From: Pseudomonadota bacterium
GTDB taxonomy: Bacteria; Pseudomonadota; Gammaproteobacteria; Burkholderiales; Burkholderiaceae_C
NCBI GenBank assembly: GCA_040387325.1
Contig: JAZKDY010000076.1
Location: 6,438 to 70,437, forward strand
Reading direction: 5' to 3'
DNA: 64,000 bases
A model generated the notes under the pieces. It had not been told where the DNA came from and did no database searches. It saw only the letters and a list, made by a program, of their open reading frames with translations. Each line of letters begins with the position of its first letter. Position 1 is the stretch's first letter. Positions 27,021 to 35,595 of the stretch are shown one piece after another. Position numbers and translations under genes: made by a program.

Positions 27021-28796
27021 CTAGAGGGCCCGGCGCGCGTACCGCTCGAAGGCGGCCACCGGCAACGGCATGCAGAAGTAGAAGCCCTGGTAGGTATGGC
27101 AGCCGGTCGCGCTCAGGAAGTCGCGCTGGGCTTCGATTTCCACCCCTTCGGCGATCACGTTCAGGCCCAGGCTGTGCGCCAGCGCCAGTATGGTCTTGGC
27201 AATGGAGGCGTCGTGGTGGTCGCTGAGGATGTCGCGCACAAAGCTGCGGTCAATCTTCAGCTCGTCCAGTGGCATGCGTTTGAGGTAGGACAGCGATGAA
27301 TAACCCGTGCCAAAGTCGTCCAGCGAGAAACACACCCCCTTGGCCTTCAGCGCAAACATCTTCTCTATGACCGCGGGCACGTTGTCCACCAGCAGGCTTT
27401 CGGTCAGCTCCAGCTTCAGGCGCTGGGCATTGGCGCCCGACGTGGCCAGGGCGGCCAGGACCTGCTCCACAAAGTCGCTTTGGCGGAACTGGTAGGCGCT
27501 GACGTTGACGGCCAGGTTCAGGTGCTGGGTTTTGGGCTTGTCGGCCCAGCGCGCCAGTTGTTCACACGCGGCCTGCAGCACCCACTGGCCCAGCGGCAGT
27601 ATCAGGCCGGTTTCTTCTGCCAGCGGAATGAAATCACCCGGTGGCATGAGGCCGTTTACGGGGTGCTGCCAGCGCAGCAGCACTTCGGCACCCATGGCGC
27701 GTCCATCACCCACCACCTGGGGCTGGAAGTGCAGCACAAACTGCTGTGCCGCTATGGCATTGCGCAGCTCGCCCTCCAGCGCCGCGCGCTCCAGGATGGC
27801 CGTTTGCATGGCGGGGTCGAAAAACTGCAAGCCGTTGCGGCCTATCTCCTTGGCCTTGTACATGGCCAGGTCGGCCTGTTTCAGCAAATCCTCCATCGAC
27901 TCCCGGGTGCCATTGAACAGCGTGGCGCCTATGCTGGCCGTGCTGCGATGCTCCACCTCACCCAGCCGGTAGGGCTGGTTGAGCGCCGCCAGGATCTTCT
28001 CCCCCACGTCCTGCGCCTGGTTGGCTGCCTCCTGCCGGCGTGGGTGCAGGCTCGCCAGGACCACCACAAATTCGTCGCCACCCAAGCGGGCTACGGTGTC
28101 CCCCTCGCGCACACAGTCGGTGAGCCGCTGTGCCACTTGTTGCAGCAGCAGGTCGCCCATGGCGTGGCCCAGGGTGTCGTTCAGGGTCTTGAAATGGTCC
28201 AGGTCCAGAAATACGACCGCACCGTAATTGGCACTGCGCGTGCTGACGATCATGGCCTGCTGCAAACGGTCCAGCAGCAGGGTGCGGTTGGGCAGACGGG
28301 TCAGCGGGTCGAAGAAGGCCAGCTCGTTGATCCGCTCGTCGGAGCGTTTGCGGGCACTGATGTCGCGGATATTGCACTGGATGACGGTGACACCCGCGCA
28401 GTCGTAAGTGTTGCTGACAAACTCCACGGCCACACTGTCGCCCGACCGGGTGCGCAGCGGCAGGTCTTCGTACCGCACATAACCTCTGGACTGCAGCTCA
28501 GAGAATTTCTCCTGGCTTTCGGCCACATCGGCAAAGGCGCCGACCTCCCAGAGCTTCTTGCCCAGCAGTTCGGCATGGGAGTAACCCAGCAGCTCCGTCA
28601 GGAAGGGGTTGGCGTCTTCAATCTCGGCCGTGCTGGCATTGAGCAGCAGGATGCCGTCGCGGGCGGTTTCGAACAGCCTGCGGTAACGCATCTCCGACAC
28701 ACGCAAGGCCTCGGGTGTTGCGGCCGTGGCAGGCGCAGTGCTGTCGGGTGGCCTGGCGACGCCCTTGGGTTTGCGGGGTTTGATGGGGTTTTGCAT
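27021..28796 (-). CDS. PAS-GGDEF-EAL c-di-GMP cyclase/phosphodiesterase
   Basis: REGD I-site and GGDEF; EVLLRW, DDFGTGYSS, KIDRSFV, AEGVE; start placed at MQNP (AGGA RBS) because the upstream ATG overlaps the predicted -10. Confidence 0.9.
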   Translation of the reverse strand: MQNPIKPRKPKGVARPPDSTAPATAATPEALRVSEMRYRRLFETARDGILLLNASTAEIEDANPFLTELLGYSHAELLGKKLWEVGAFADVAESQEKFSELQSRGYVRYEDLPLRTRSGDSVAVEFVSNTYDCAGVTVIQCNIRDISARKRSDERINELAFFDPLTRLPNRTLLLDRLQQAMIVSTRSANYGAVVFLDLDHFKTLNDTLGHAMGDLLLQQVAQRLTDCVREGDTVARLGGDEFVVVLASLHPRRQEAANQAQDVGEKILAALNQPYRLGEVEHRSTASIGATLFNGTRESMEDLLKQADLAMYKAKEIGRNGLQFFDPAMQTAILERAALEGELRNAIAAQQFVLHFQPQVVGDGRAMGAEVLLRWQHPVNGLMPPGDFIPLAEETGLILPLGQWVLQAACEQLARWADKPKTQHLNLAVNVSAYQFRQSDFVEQVLAALATSGANAQRLKLELTESLLVDNVPAVIEKMFALKAKGVCFSLDDFGTGYSSLSYLKRMPLDELKIDRSFVRDILSDHHDASIAKTILALAHSLGLNVIAEGVEIEAQRDFLSATGCHTYQGFYFCMPLPVAAFERYARRAL

Positions 28797-28836
28797 AGGT
28801 TCCTGCAGAACCATACGTGTTGTGAAGGGACTGGTC

Positions 28837-28852
28837 GGTGCGCTGCATCACT
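28837..28852 (-). promoter_or_regulatory. Crp/Fnr-type box 8 (GGDEF-EAL)
   Basis: AGTGAT-GCAG-CGCACC then GAC; TATGGT 21 nt downstream (28815-28810). Confidence 0.65.
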
Positions 28853-28873
28853 AAAAACCATGCATGTCCTTTG

Positions 28874-28889
28874 TGTTCGCCAACGAACC
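28874..28889 (+). promoter_or_regulatory. Crp/Fnr-type box 9 (crystallin gene)
   Basis: TGTTCG-CCAA-CGAACC then GAC; TAGTCT 21 nt downstream (28911-28916). Confidence 0.8.
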
Positions 28890-28945
28890 GACGCGGGCAT
28901 TGGCCCTGCGTAGTCTCGGGGTTTTGATACCCACAGGAGCAAAGT

Positions 28946-30064
28946 ATGAAACCCGTTTTACGATTGACACTGACCGCTATTGCGGCGCTGATGGCAGGCC
29001 AGGCGTTTGCCGAGGTCACCTTCTTCGAACGCGAAAATTTCCAGGGCCGTTCCTACACGGCCCAGGCGCAGGTCGTGAACCTGCAGCGTGCCGGATTCAA
29101 TGACCGCGCCTCTTCCGCCATTGTGGGGGGAGGACGTGGCGCGCGGTGGGAGGTGTGTGAAGACGCCCGCTTTGGCGGCCGCTGCATGATTCTGCGCCCC
29201 GGCCATTACCCGTCGCTGAGCGCCATGGGTTTGAATGACCGCGTCTCGTCGGTGAAGCCGGTGGGTCGCAACGGCCGGGATCTCGACGAGCGGATGGCTC
29301 CAGCACCGCTGCCGTCGCAGGTCACCTTCTATGAGAACGAGGGCTTCCAGGGCCGCACCTTCTCTGCCGACCAGCAGGTTGAAGACTTCTCCCGCACAGG
29401 TTTTAATGACCGGGCCTCGTCCGTGGTGGTACTGGGCCAGCGCTGGGAGGTGTGCAACAACGCCCGCTTCGGCGGAGACTGCATGGTGCTGAACCCCGGC
29501 CGTTACCCCTCGCTGGCGGCCATGGGCATCAATGACCGCATTTCGTCCGTGCGTGCACTGGACTGGAATGTGCGGGTTGATGACCGCCGTTATGCACCGG
29601 CACCTACGCCGGTTTATGACAACCGCCGTCGCCAGGATGAACGCATCTTTGAAGCCAACGTGACATCAGTGCGTGCCGTGGTCGGCCCGCCCGAGCAGCG
29701 TTGCTGGATGGAGCGTGAAGAGGTCGCCGCAACCCGTGGTGAGCCCAATGTTGGGGGTGCTGTTCTCGGTGCACTGATCGGTGGTGTCTTGGGTCACCAG
29801 GTCGGCGGTGGTGTTGGCAAAGACCTCGCAACCGCGGGTGGTGCCGTGGCCGGCGGCGTAATAGGTTCCAATGTAGGCCGCAACAACAGTGGCACACCCG
29901 CTACAACACGTGACGTGCAGAAATGCGCGACACGACCCAGCAATGCCGCACCGGCGTTCTGGGATGTGTCGTACAACTTCCGTGGCGTGGAACACCGCAT
30001 CCAGATGACAACCCAGCCGGGCCCCACGATTCCCGTCAATGCCCAGGGTGAACCCCGCAGCTAA
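28946..30064 (+). CDS. Secreted protein: two betagamma-crystallin domains plus glycine-zipper 2TM domain
   Basis: Signal peptide; duplicated F..ENFQGR...FNDRASS...WEVC...FGG.C...PG.YPSL..MG.NDR.SS; GAVLGALIGGVLGHQVGGG. Confidence 0.85.
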   Translation: MKPVLRLTLTAIAALMAGQAFAEVTFFERENFQGRSYTAQAQVVNLQRAGFNDRASSAIVGGGRGARWEVCEDARFGGRCMILRPGHYPSLSAMGLNDRVSSVKPVGRNGRDLDERMAPAPLPSQVTFYENEGFQGRTFSADQQVEDFSRTGFNDRASSVVVLGQRWEVCNNARFGGDCMVLNPGRYPSLAAMGINDRISSVRALDWNVRVDDRRYAPAPTPVYDNRRRQDERIFEANVTSVRAVVGPPEQRCWMEREEVAATRGEPNVGGAVLGALIGGVLGHQVGGGVGKDLATAGGAVAGGVIGSNVGRNNSGTPATTRDVQKCATRPSNAAPAFWDVSYNFRGVEHRIQMTTQPGPTIPVNAQGEPRS

Positions 30065-30085
30065 GGCGCAGTTGATGCGCTGACG

Positions 30086-30113
30086 AAAAAAAGCCCGGGC
30101 AACCGGGCTTTTT
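30086..30113. terminator. Intrinsic terminator
   Basis: AAAAAAAGCCCGG-gcaa-CCGGGCTTTTT. Confidence 0.85.
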
Positions 30114-30155
30114 GCTGCCCGGTCGCGATACATGGGGCGGTTTGCTGAAACACTC

Positions 30156-30171
30156 CGTACGCTTGCGCACG
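30156..30171 (+). promoter_or_regulatory. Crp/Fnr-type box 10 (cardiolipin synthase)
   Basis: CGTACG-CTTG-CGCACG then GAC; TAAGCT 20 nt downstream (30192-30197). Confidence 0.75.
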
Positions 30172-30264
30172 GACGGTGTCTGGGGCGCTGTTAAGCTAGG
30201 CTCCAGTACATCAGCCGTGGCCTCTTCGCCCCAGTGGTGTTCGCTGTCTGCCATCGAGTACGCT

Positions 30265-31665
30265 ATGAAAAAGAACCTGTGCCTGCATTCGACCATCCGT
30301 CTTTTTCGCCTGGCCAGCATGGCGGCACTGGTGTCGCTTTCTTCTGCCTGCGCCTCACTTCCCGATGTCAGCTACCTCAAGGTGGTTGCGCCATCGGCAT
30401 CTGGCCCCACGGTCACCGGCACCAACGGCACGCTGAGCAAGAAGGCCAGTACCGCACTGCTGCCCAAACGCTGGAAAAATTCGCATATTGACGTCAATGC
30501 ACTGGCATCGCTGGAAGAACTGGCTACCGGCAAGCCGCTGATTGCCGGCAACAAGGTGAGCCTGCTGTACGACGGCCCCCAGACCATGGCCTCCATGATG
30601 GAGGCGATTGCCGCAGCCAAGGACCATATCAACCTGGAGACGTATATCTTCGACCAGGACGAGATCGGCCTGCAGTTTGCGCAATTGCTGATCGCGCGCC
30701 AACGTGCCGGCGTGCAGGTGCACATCATCTACGACGCAGTCGGCACGATGGGAACCCCCCAGGCCTTTTTTGACAGCATGCGCGAAGCGGGCATACGCCT
30801 GGTGGCGTTTAACCCCGTCAATCCACTGAAGCTGATGGGCCCCTGGTCACCCAATAACCGCGACCACAGAAAGTTGCTGGTGGTGGACGGCAAGGTGGCG
30901 TTTACCGGAGGGGTCAACATCAGCGGTGCCTATGCCAACAGTTCGTTGTTCCGATCCAGGAACCGCAGCCCGGACAAGATCGGGTGGCGCGACACACATA
31001 TCCGTGTGGAGGGCCCGGCGGTTGCGTCCATGCAGTGGGAGTTCCTGAGCAGCTGGGTAAGCCAACCCTCTCCCGAACTGGGCGACAGCAATTTCTTCCC
31101 CGCATTGGGCAATGTGGGTGACAAGCTGGTGCGGGTGCTGGCCAGTGGACCCGACACGGACCAGGACATCTATACGGCACACGTCCTGGCCATTGACTCC
31201 GCGGTGAAGTCCATCCACATCACCAGTGCCTACTTTGTTCCCGATGTGCAGGTTCTGCAGGCCTTGACCCGGGCTGCGCGCCGCGGCGTGGATGTGAAAG
31301 TCATACTGCCCGGTGTCACCGACGTTGGCCTGGTGTTTTATGCAGGCCGCTCGTTCTACGAAGAAATGCTCAGCAGCGGGATTCGGGTGTACGAGTTGCA
31401 AATCGCAGTCCTGCATGCCAAGACTGCGGTGATTGACCGGCTGTGGTCCACGGTTGGGTCGACCAATATCGACACGCGGAGTTTTCTGCACAACTACGAG
31501 CTCAATGTGGTGGTGCTGGACAACGCGTTCGCCGAAAGCCTGGAGTCTGCGTTTGAAGAGGATCTGCGCTTCTCCACCGAGGTGACTGCAGAAGCCTGGG
31601 CCAAGCGCCCCACGTCGGACCGCCTGAAGGAATGGGCGGCCCGACGTCTGGAGTATTGGCTGTAG
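30265..31665 (+). CDS. cls: Cardiolipin synthase (phospholipase D family, ClsB-like)
   Basis: Two HKD motifs, HRKLLVVD and HAKTAVID; SAYFVP, GSTNID; start uncertain (30265 or 30319). Confidence 0.88.
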   Translation: MKKNLCLHSTIRLFRLASMAALVSLSSACASLPDVSYLKVVAPSASGPTVTGTNGTLSKKASTALLPKRWKNSHIDVNALASLEELATGKPLIAGNKVSLLYDGPQTMASMMEAIAAAKDHINLETYIFDQDEIGLQFAQLLIARQRAGVQVHIIYDAVGTMGTPQAFFDSMREAGIRLVAFNPVNPLKLMGPWSPNNRDHRKLLVVDGKVAFTGGVNISGAYANSSLFRSRNRSPDKIGWRDTHIRVEGPAVASMQWEFLSSWVSQPSPELGDSNFFPALGNVGDKLVRVLASGPDTDQDIYTAHVLAIDSAVKSIHITSAYFVPDVQVLQALTRAARRGVDVKVILPGVTDVGLVFYAGRSFYEEMLSSGIRVYELQIAVLHAKTAVIDRLWSTVGSTNIDTRSFLHNYELNVVVLDNAFAESLESAFEEDLRFSTEVTAEAWAKRPTSDRLKEWAARRLEYWL

Positions 31666-31667
31666 CC

Positions 31668-32108
31668 CTAACGGACGGGCGTTGGGGTGTCCAGTATGGG
31701 CGCGTTGGGCGCGGTGCTGCTGATCAGGTCCTGGATCATGAAGCGGCCATAGTGCTGGGCTGAAGCCGCCTTGAGCCGCAAGGCCACCTCCGCCACCTGT
31801 TCGACCTGGGTGTCTTCGGGGGCCGGAACCACCAGAAAGCTGCAACCGGTTTCGGCAAGGGCCAGGTGGGTGTCCACTAGCTCCAGTTCATAACCAAACG
31901 CCGCCAATGGACTGGCCGCCTGCCGCTCTGATCGGGCCAGGGTGACCATCTCCTGTGGGGAGTAACGCACCATGCCGGCCTCGGCAAAGCCCAGTTCCGT
32001 GAGTGCGACCGCGGCCGCTTCCCGGTCGCCGAAGGACGTGAACGCCAGGACGGTATGCCCTGTGGGCTTGAAGACGCCGAAGGTTTCGGGTGGGTTGGAT
32101 TTGTCCAT
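31668..32108 (-). CDS. Hypothetical protein
   Basis: AGGAG RBS; last gene of the rcnB-osmC operon; no family recognised. Confidence 0.7.
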   Translation of the reverse strand: MDKSNPPETFGVFKPTGHTVLAFTSFGDREAAAVALTELGFAEAGMVRYSPQEMVTLARSERQAASPLAAFGYELELVDTHLALAETGCSFLVVPAPEDTQVEQVAEVALRLKAASAQHYGRFMIQDLISSTAPNAPILDTPTPVR

Positions 32109-32141
32109 GGTGCTCTCCTAAAAAATCGGTGGATGAAGAAG

Positions 32142-33212
32142 CTACTTGGGGCGCGGGCGCCGCAAAGCCGGTTGTGCCGCCTGGAGGCGTCCCACCCGCA
32201 ACTCGACAACAGCGTGGACCACGGCCCGGGCCACGTTGCGGGTTTCTTCCTGTATGGCTCTGTCCTGGTCCAGGGCCTCGTGGCTGGTGGCGTAGGGCGC
32301 GTAATAGCCGATGTAGCGGCCCAGGCGGGCCTGGGTGCCGGCGTCGATAAACCCCATCCAGTCCAGCCAGTCCGACAGGGCGCGGCGCGATCCGTCCACA
32401 CCCGCTACATCGCCGTGCACGACCAGGCCATAGGCCCGACCGGCCAGGTGTTGGGGATAGTCCCAACCGGCCAGTTCCAGTTCTTTTGCCTGGGCCGCCT
32501 TTTTGCCGGAGGTGGAAGTCGGGTCCGGGTTGCCGCCATCGGCACAGACCAGGCGGTCAATCATCAGTTTCAAAGGGCTGGGGCTTTGGTACCAGTACAC
32601 CGGGGTGATGAGAATGACAGCGTGTGCCGCGACCCAGCGTTCGTAGAGTTCGGCCATCCAGTCATTGGTCTGGTTCAGCGCATGGTTGGGGTAACAACTG
32701 CAGGGCCAGTGGCACAGTGGCATGGCGGTGGATGCACAGCCCTTGCAAGGGTGGATGTGCAATGCGTATTCGGAGGTGAGCAGGCTCAGGTCCAGCACGT
32801 CCACCTGGATGCCGGCCAGCTCCAGCTCCTGGCGCGCGAGGTTGAGCAGGCGGAAGGATTTGGAAACCTCGCCCGGGCAGGTGCCGTCGTTGCGGGCCGA
32901 GCCGCAAACCAGCAGCACCCTGGACTGCGTAGCAGGATCGGCCCAGTTCAATTGGGCCTGGTCCAGGCGCCGTTTGGTCGCCACCCATTCGTCCGACAGT
33001 TCGTAGTCCGGGTCGGCATAACCCGGCCCGGCCTTGTGTACAAGCGGGGCCTTGCGGCCTTCGGCATAGGCAGCCCAGGCAATGTCTTCCAGGCGTTCCA
33101 GGGCTGCGTCTTCGCCGCGGTATGCAGGGTCGGTAAAGGACGCGCGAAACCGGGCGCTGAACGGTGCCCGCTCGATGGGTGCCGGAGCCTGTCCTTTGCG
33201 TATTTCAACCAT
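32142..33212 (-). CDS. Flavodoxin-fold NAD(P)H-dependent oxidoreductase (iron-sulfur flavoprotein-like)
   Basis: GSAR FMN loop, PCKGC..CHWPCSC, TPVYWY, LKLMIDRL. Confidence 0.8.
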   Translation of the reverse strand: MVEIRKGQAPAPIERAPFSARFRASFTDPAYRGEDAALERLEDIAWAAYAEGRKAPLVHKAGPGYADPDYELSDEWVATKRRLDQAQLNWADPATQSRVLLVCGSARNDGTCPGEVSKSFRLLNLARQELELAGIQVDVLDLSLLTSEYALHIHPCKGCASTAMPLCHWPCSCYPNHALNQTNDWMAELYERWVAAHAVILITPVYWYQSPSPLKLMIDRLVCADGGNPDPTSTSGKKAAQAKELELAGWDYPQHLAGRAYGLVVHGDVAGVDGSRRALSDWLDWMGFIDAGTQARLGRYIGYYAPYATSHEALDQDRAIQEETRNVARAVVHAVVELRVGRLQAAQPALRRPRPK

Positions 33213-33239
33213 GGCGGTCTCCTGGAAAAGGGCCGGGGC

Positions 33240-33680
33240 TCAGGGCGTCTGCAGCCTGGCGACCAGGGTAATTTCGGGAACACTCGCCAGTGCCTTGGAG
33301 AGCGGGCAGTCACGCTTGGCGGCCTGCGCAATCTCCTGAAAGTAGGCTTCTTCCATGCCGGGCACGTCGGCATTCAGGCTCAGCGCAATCCTGTCAATCA
33401 CAAACCCTTCGCCCTGCTGGGTGAGACGCACCTGGGCCTTGGTATCGACCGTGGCGGTTTCAAAGCCCGCCTTGGCGCAGGCAAACGAAAACGCCATCGT
33501 GAAACAGGCGGCGTGGGCAGCGCCCAGAAGTTCTTCCGGGTTGGTGCTGCGCCGGTCGTCTTCAAAGCGGCTGGCAAAGCCGTAGGGGTAACTTTGGAGT
33601 GCTGCGGTTTCGGTGCTGATCTGGCCCACGCCCTCTTTGCCAGAACCTTCCCAATGCACGCTGGCGGATTTTTCAGTCAT
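33240..33680 (-). CDS. osmC: OsmC peroxiredoxin
   Basis: WEGSGKEGVG, YGFASRFE, TNPEELLGAAHAACF, CPLSKAL. Confidence 0.92.
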   Translation of the reverse strand: MTEKSASVHWEGSGKEGVGQISTETAALQSYPYGFASRFEDDRRSTNPEELLGAAHAACFTMAFSFACAKAGFETATVDTKAQVRLTQQGEGFVIDRIALSLNADVPGMEEAYFQEIAQAAKRDCPLSKALASVPEITLVARLQTP

Positions 33681-33700
33681 GTTTGTTCCTTGGTGCTGGC

Positions 33701-34129
33701 TCAGTTGTTCAGCAGCAGTTGCAGGATCACACCGGTGGCGATGGCAACGAGGATGTAGTCACTCCCGCTTTGCACCCAGTGGTAGCCACGCGGTGGTGCA
33801 CTGAGCCGGTGACCGCGCCAGTCTTCCACGACGTATTGCCGTGTGCGGTACTGGTACGGCAGGTGGCCGCCGCGGTAGTACGAATGGTTGGGACCTGCGC
33901 CACGTTCACCACGGTTGCGGTGGTCGGCATGGTCCCGGTCGTTGCGGTGGTCGCCCCGGCGGTACTGGCCGCGGTTGTCGTCCCGGCGATCCCTGTCGTT
34001 GCCACGCTGGTTCTGCTCATACCGGTTGCGGTTGGCACCAGGCGCGTCGCCCTGGGCAAATGCAAACTGTCCTGCAAAGAGTGACGCCGCCAGCACCGTG
34101 CAGAGGGTGGCTTTACTTTTCATGATCAT
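33701..34129 (-). CDS. RcnB family protein
   Basis: Signal peptide, Arg/Asp-rich stretch, DWRGHRLSAPPRGYHWV..DYILVAIATGVI; GGAG RBS. Confidence 0.88.
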   Translation of the reverse strand: MIMKSKATLCTVLAASLFAGQFAFAQGDAPGANRNRYEQNQRGNDRDRRDDNRGQYRRGDHRNDRDHADHRNRGERGAGPNHSYYRGGHLPYQYRTRQYVVEDWRGHRLSAPPRGYHWVQSGSDYILVAIATGVILQLLLNN

Positions 34130-34190
34130 GTTGAACTCCAGTGGATTGCGGGGTTGCAAACTGAAGATAGGTGAGTGCGGAGCAGGCGTC

Positions 34191-34206
34191 AGTGCGCGGG
34201 CGCACG
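34191..34206 (-). promoter_or_regulatory. Crp/Fnr-type box 11 (rcnB-osmC operon)
   Basis: CGTGCG-CCCG-CGCACT then GAC; TATCTT 21 nt downstream (34169-34164). Confidence 0.8.
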
Positions 34207-34233
34207 TAATGCGTGCGAAAAAAATCAGGTGTG

Positions 34234-34249
34234 TGTATGCCATCGCACC
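34234..34249 (+). promoter_or_regulatory. Crp/Fnr-type box 12 (csbD)
   Basis: TGTATG-CCAT-CGCACC then GAT; TAGCAT 21 nt downstream (34271-34276). Confidence 0.7.
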
Positions 34250-34341
34250 GATGGCGAGCGGCTATTTTTTTAGCATTGGGTTGTAAGCCAAGGTTTGGCT
34301 CACAAGTTCTCGTCAATCATTTCGCTAAAGGAAACTTCACC

Positions 34342-34542
34342 ATGAATAAAGAGCAAATCCAGGGTACCGCCAAGGACATCGCCGGCAAAGTGCAAGAGGG
34401 AGCAGGCAAGCTGGTGGGCAGCACAGAACAACAGCTCAAGGGTCTTGAGAAACAAATTACCGGCAAGGCTGAGAAGCGCGCTGGCGACGTGAAGGAACTG
34501 GTGCAGGACGCCAAGAACATCGTCAAGGACGCTGTCAAGTAA
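34342..34542 (+). CDS. csbD: CsbD family general stress protein
   Basis: MNKEQIQGTAKDIAGKVQEGAGKLVG...GKAEKRAGDVK; AAGGA RBS. Confidence 0.9.
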   Translation: MNKEQIQGTAKDIAGKVQEGAGKLVGSTEQQLKGLEKQITGKAEKRAGDVKELVQDAKNIVKDAVK

Positions 34543-34570
34543 GAACCGGGCAACTCACCCTGGCGTGTTA

Positions 34571-35479
34571 CTACTTGGCGTGCTGTAGCCCCAGCACGGT
34601 CAGGAAGTCAACTGCATACTGCGCCATGGGTGAGTAGCTGCGGCCCTTGAGGCTCACCACGCCCATGTCGGAAAACTGGGTGGGGATGTCGGTGGTAGTC
34701 AGCTGCACCAGCTTTCCGTCGGTCACCTCTTTCAGGGCGCTTGCGTCGGCGCAGGCCACCACGGTATCGGTCGCCATGGCCACGGTCTTTAGCAGGTTCA
34801 AATCGTCACACTCCAAGGCCAGGGGCAGACGTATACCTTCGGGCAAGCCCATCAGGGATGCCAACACAAACAGAATCTTCTCCGGTACGCGCACGCTGGC
34901 CAGTCCATACGGCAGCAAGGCCTCGCCCTTGACTGTCGGCGTCTTGAGCAAGGGGTGGCCCGTGCGCACATAAAAGCTTGCAGTCAACTGCCCAATGCGG
35001 GTGATGCCCAAATCTGAAGTCGCGGGTATGTTGCGCAGGTCGGCCACATAAAAATCGAGTTCTTCTGCACGCAGGTGCTCCGCCAGATAGTTGGCGTTGT
35101 TCACCTCCACACGTACATTGACGCCCGGAAACCGGTTGCGCATATCCGTGAGCAACAGCGGCATCAGCGTGGCCGCGGGGTAGGGTCCCACACCGACGGC
35201 AATGTCGCCCATCAGCCGGTCGCGGTACAGGCCCACATCGCGCTCCAGGCAGCGGCTTTCAAACACGAGTTTGCGCGCCCGCTCCAACACAAAGGCGCCC
35301 GCATCGGTGCAGCGCACCTCGGCCGTGCCGCGGTCAAACAGCTGCAAGCCCAGCTCTTCTTCGGCTGCCTGGATGCTGCGGCTGAAAGCCGGTTGGCTCA
35401 GGTGGCACAGCTGGGCGGCGCGGCCAAAATTGCGCGCATCGGCCAGTGCCACCAGGTGTTTGAGACGTCGAATTTCCAT
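34571..35479 (-). CDS. LysR family regulator (SdsB-like by context)
   Basis: NFGRAAQLCHLSQPAFSRSI HTH; divergent from the GMC-sulfatase genes. Confidence 0.9.
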   Translation of the reverse strand: MEIRRLKHLVALADARNFGRAAQLCHLSQPAFSRSIQAAEEELGLQLFDRGTAEVRCTDAGAFVLERARKLVFESRCLERDVGLYRDRLMGDIAVGVGPYPAATLMPLLLTDMRNRFPGVNVRVEVNNANYLAEHLRAEELDFYVADLRNIPATSDLGITRIGQLTASFYVRTGHPLLKTPTVKGEALLPYGLASVRVPEKILFVLASLMGLPEGIRLPLALECDDLNLLKTVAMATDTVVACADASALKEVTDGKLVQLTTTDIPTQFSDMGVVSLKGRSYSPMAQYAVDFLTVLGLQHAK

Positions 35480-35500
35480 ACGTATTTACCCCGGTATTCG

Positions 35501-35515
35501 ATGCACTGGATGCAT
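35501..35515. promoter_or_regulatory. Putative LysR recognition site
   Basis: ATGCA-CTGGA-TGCAT (T-N11-A palindrome) next to the lysR start; weaker second GCAT half-site at 35534-35537. Confidence 0.6.
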
Positions 35516-35595
35516 TGATATTGCCAATCGAATGCATTGGACGGATTTTAAGGCGAATTCCACAATCGCTCTTCCAAGAAGAAGAGGAGTCGTGG

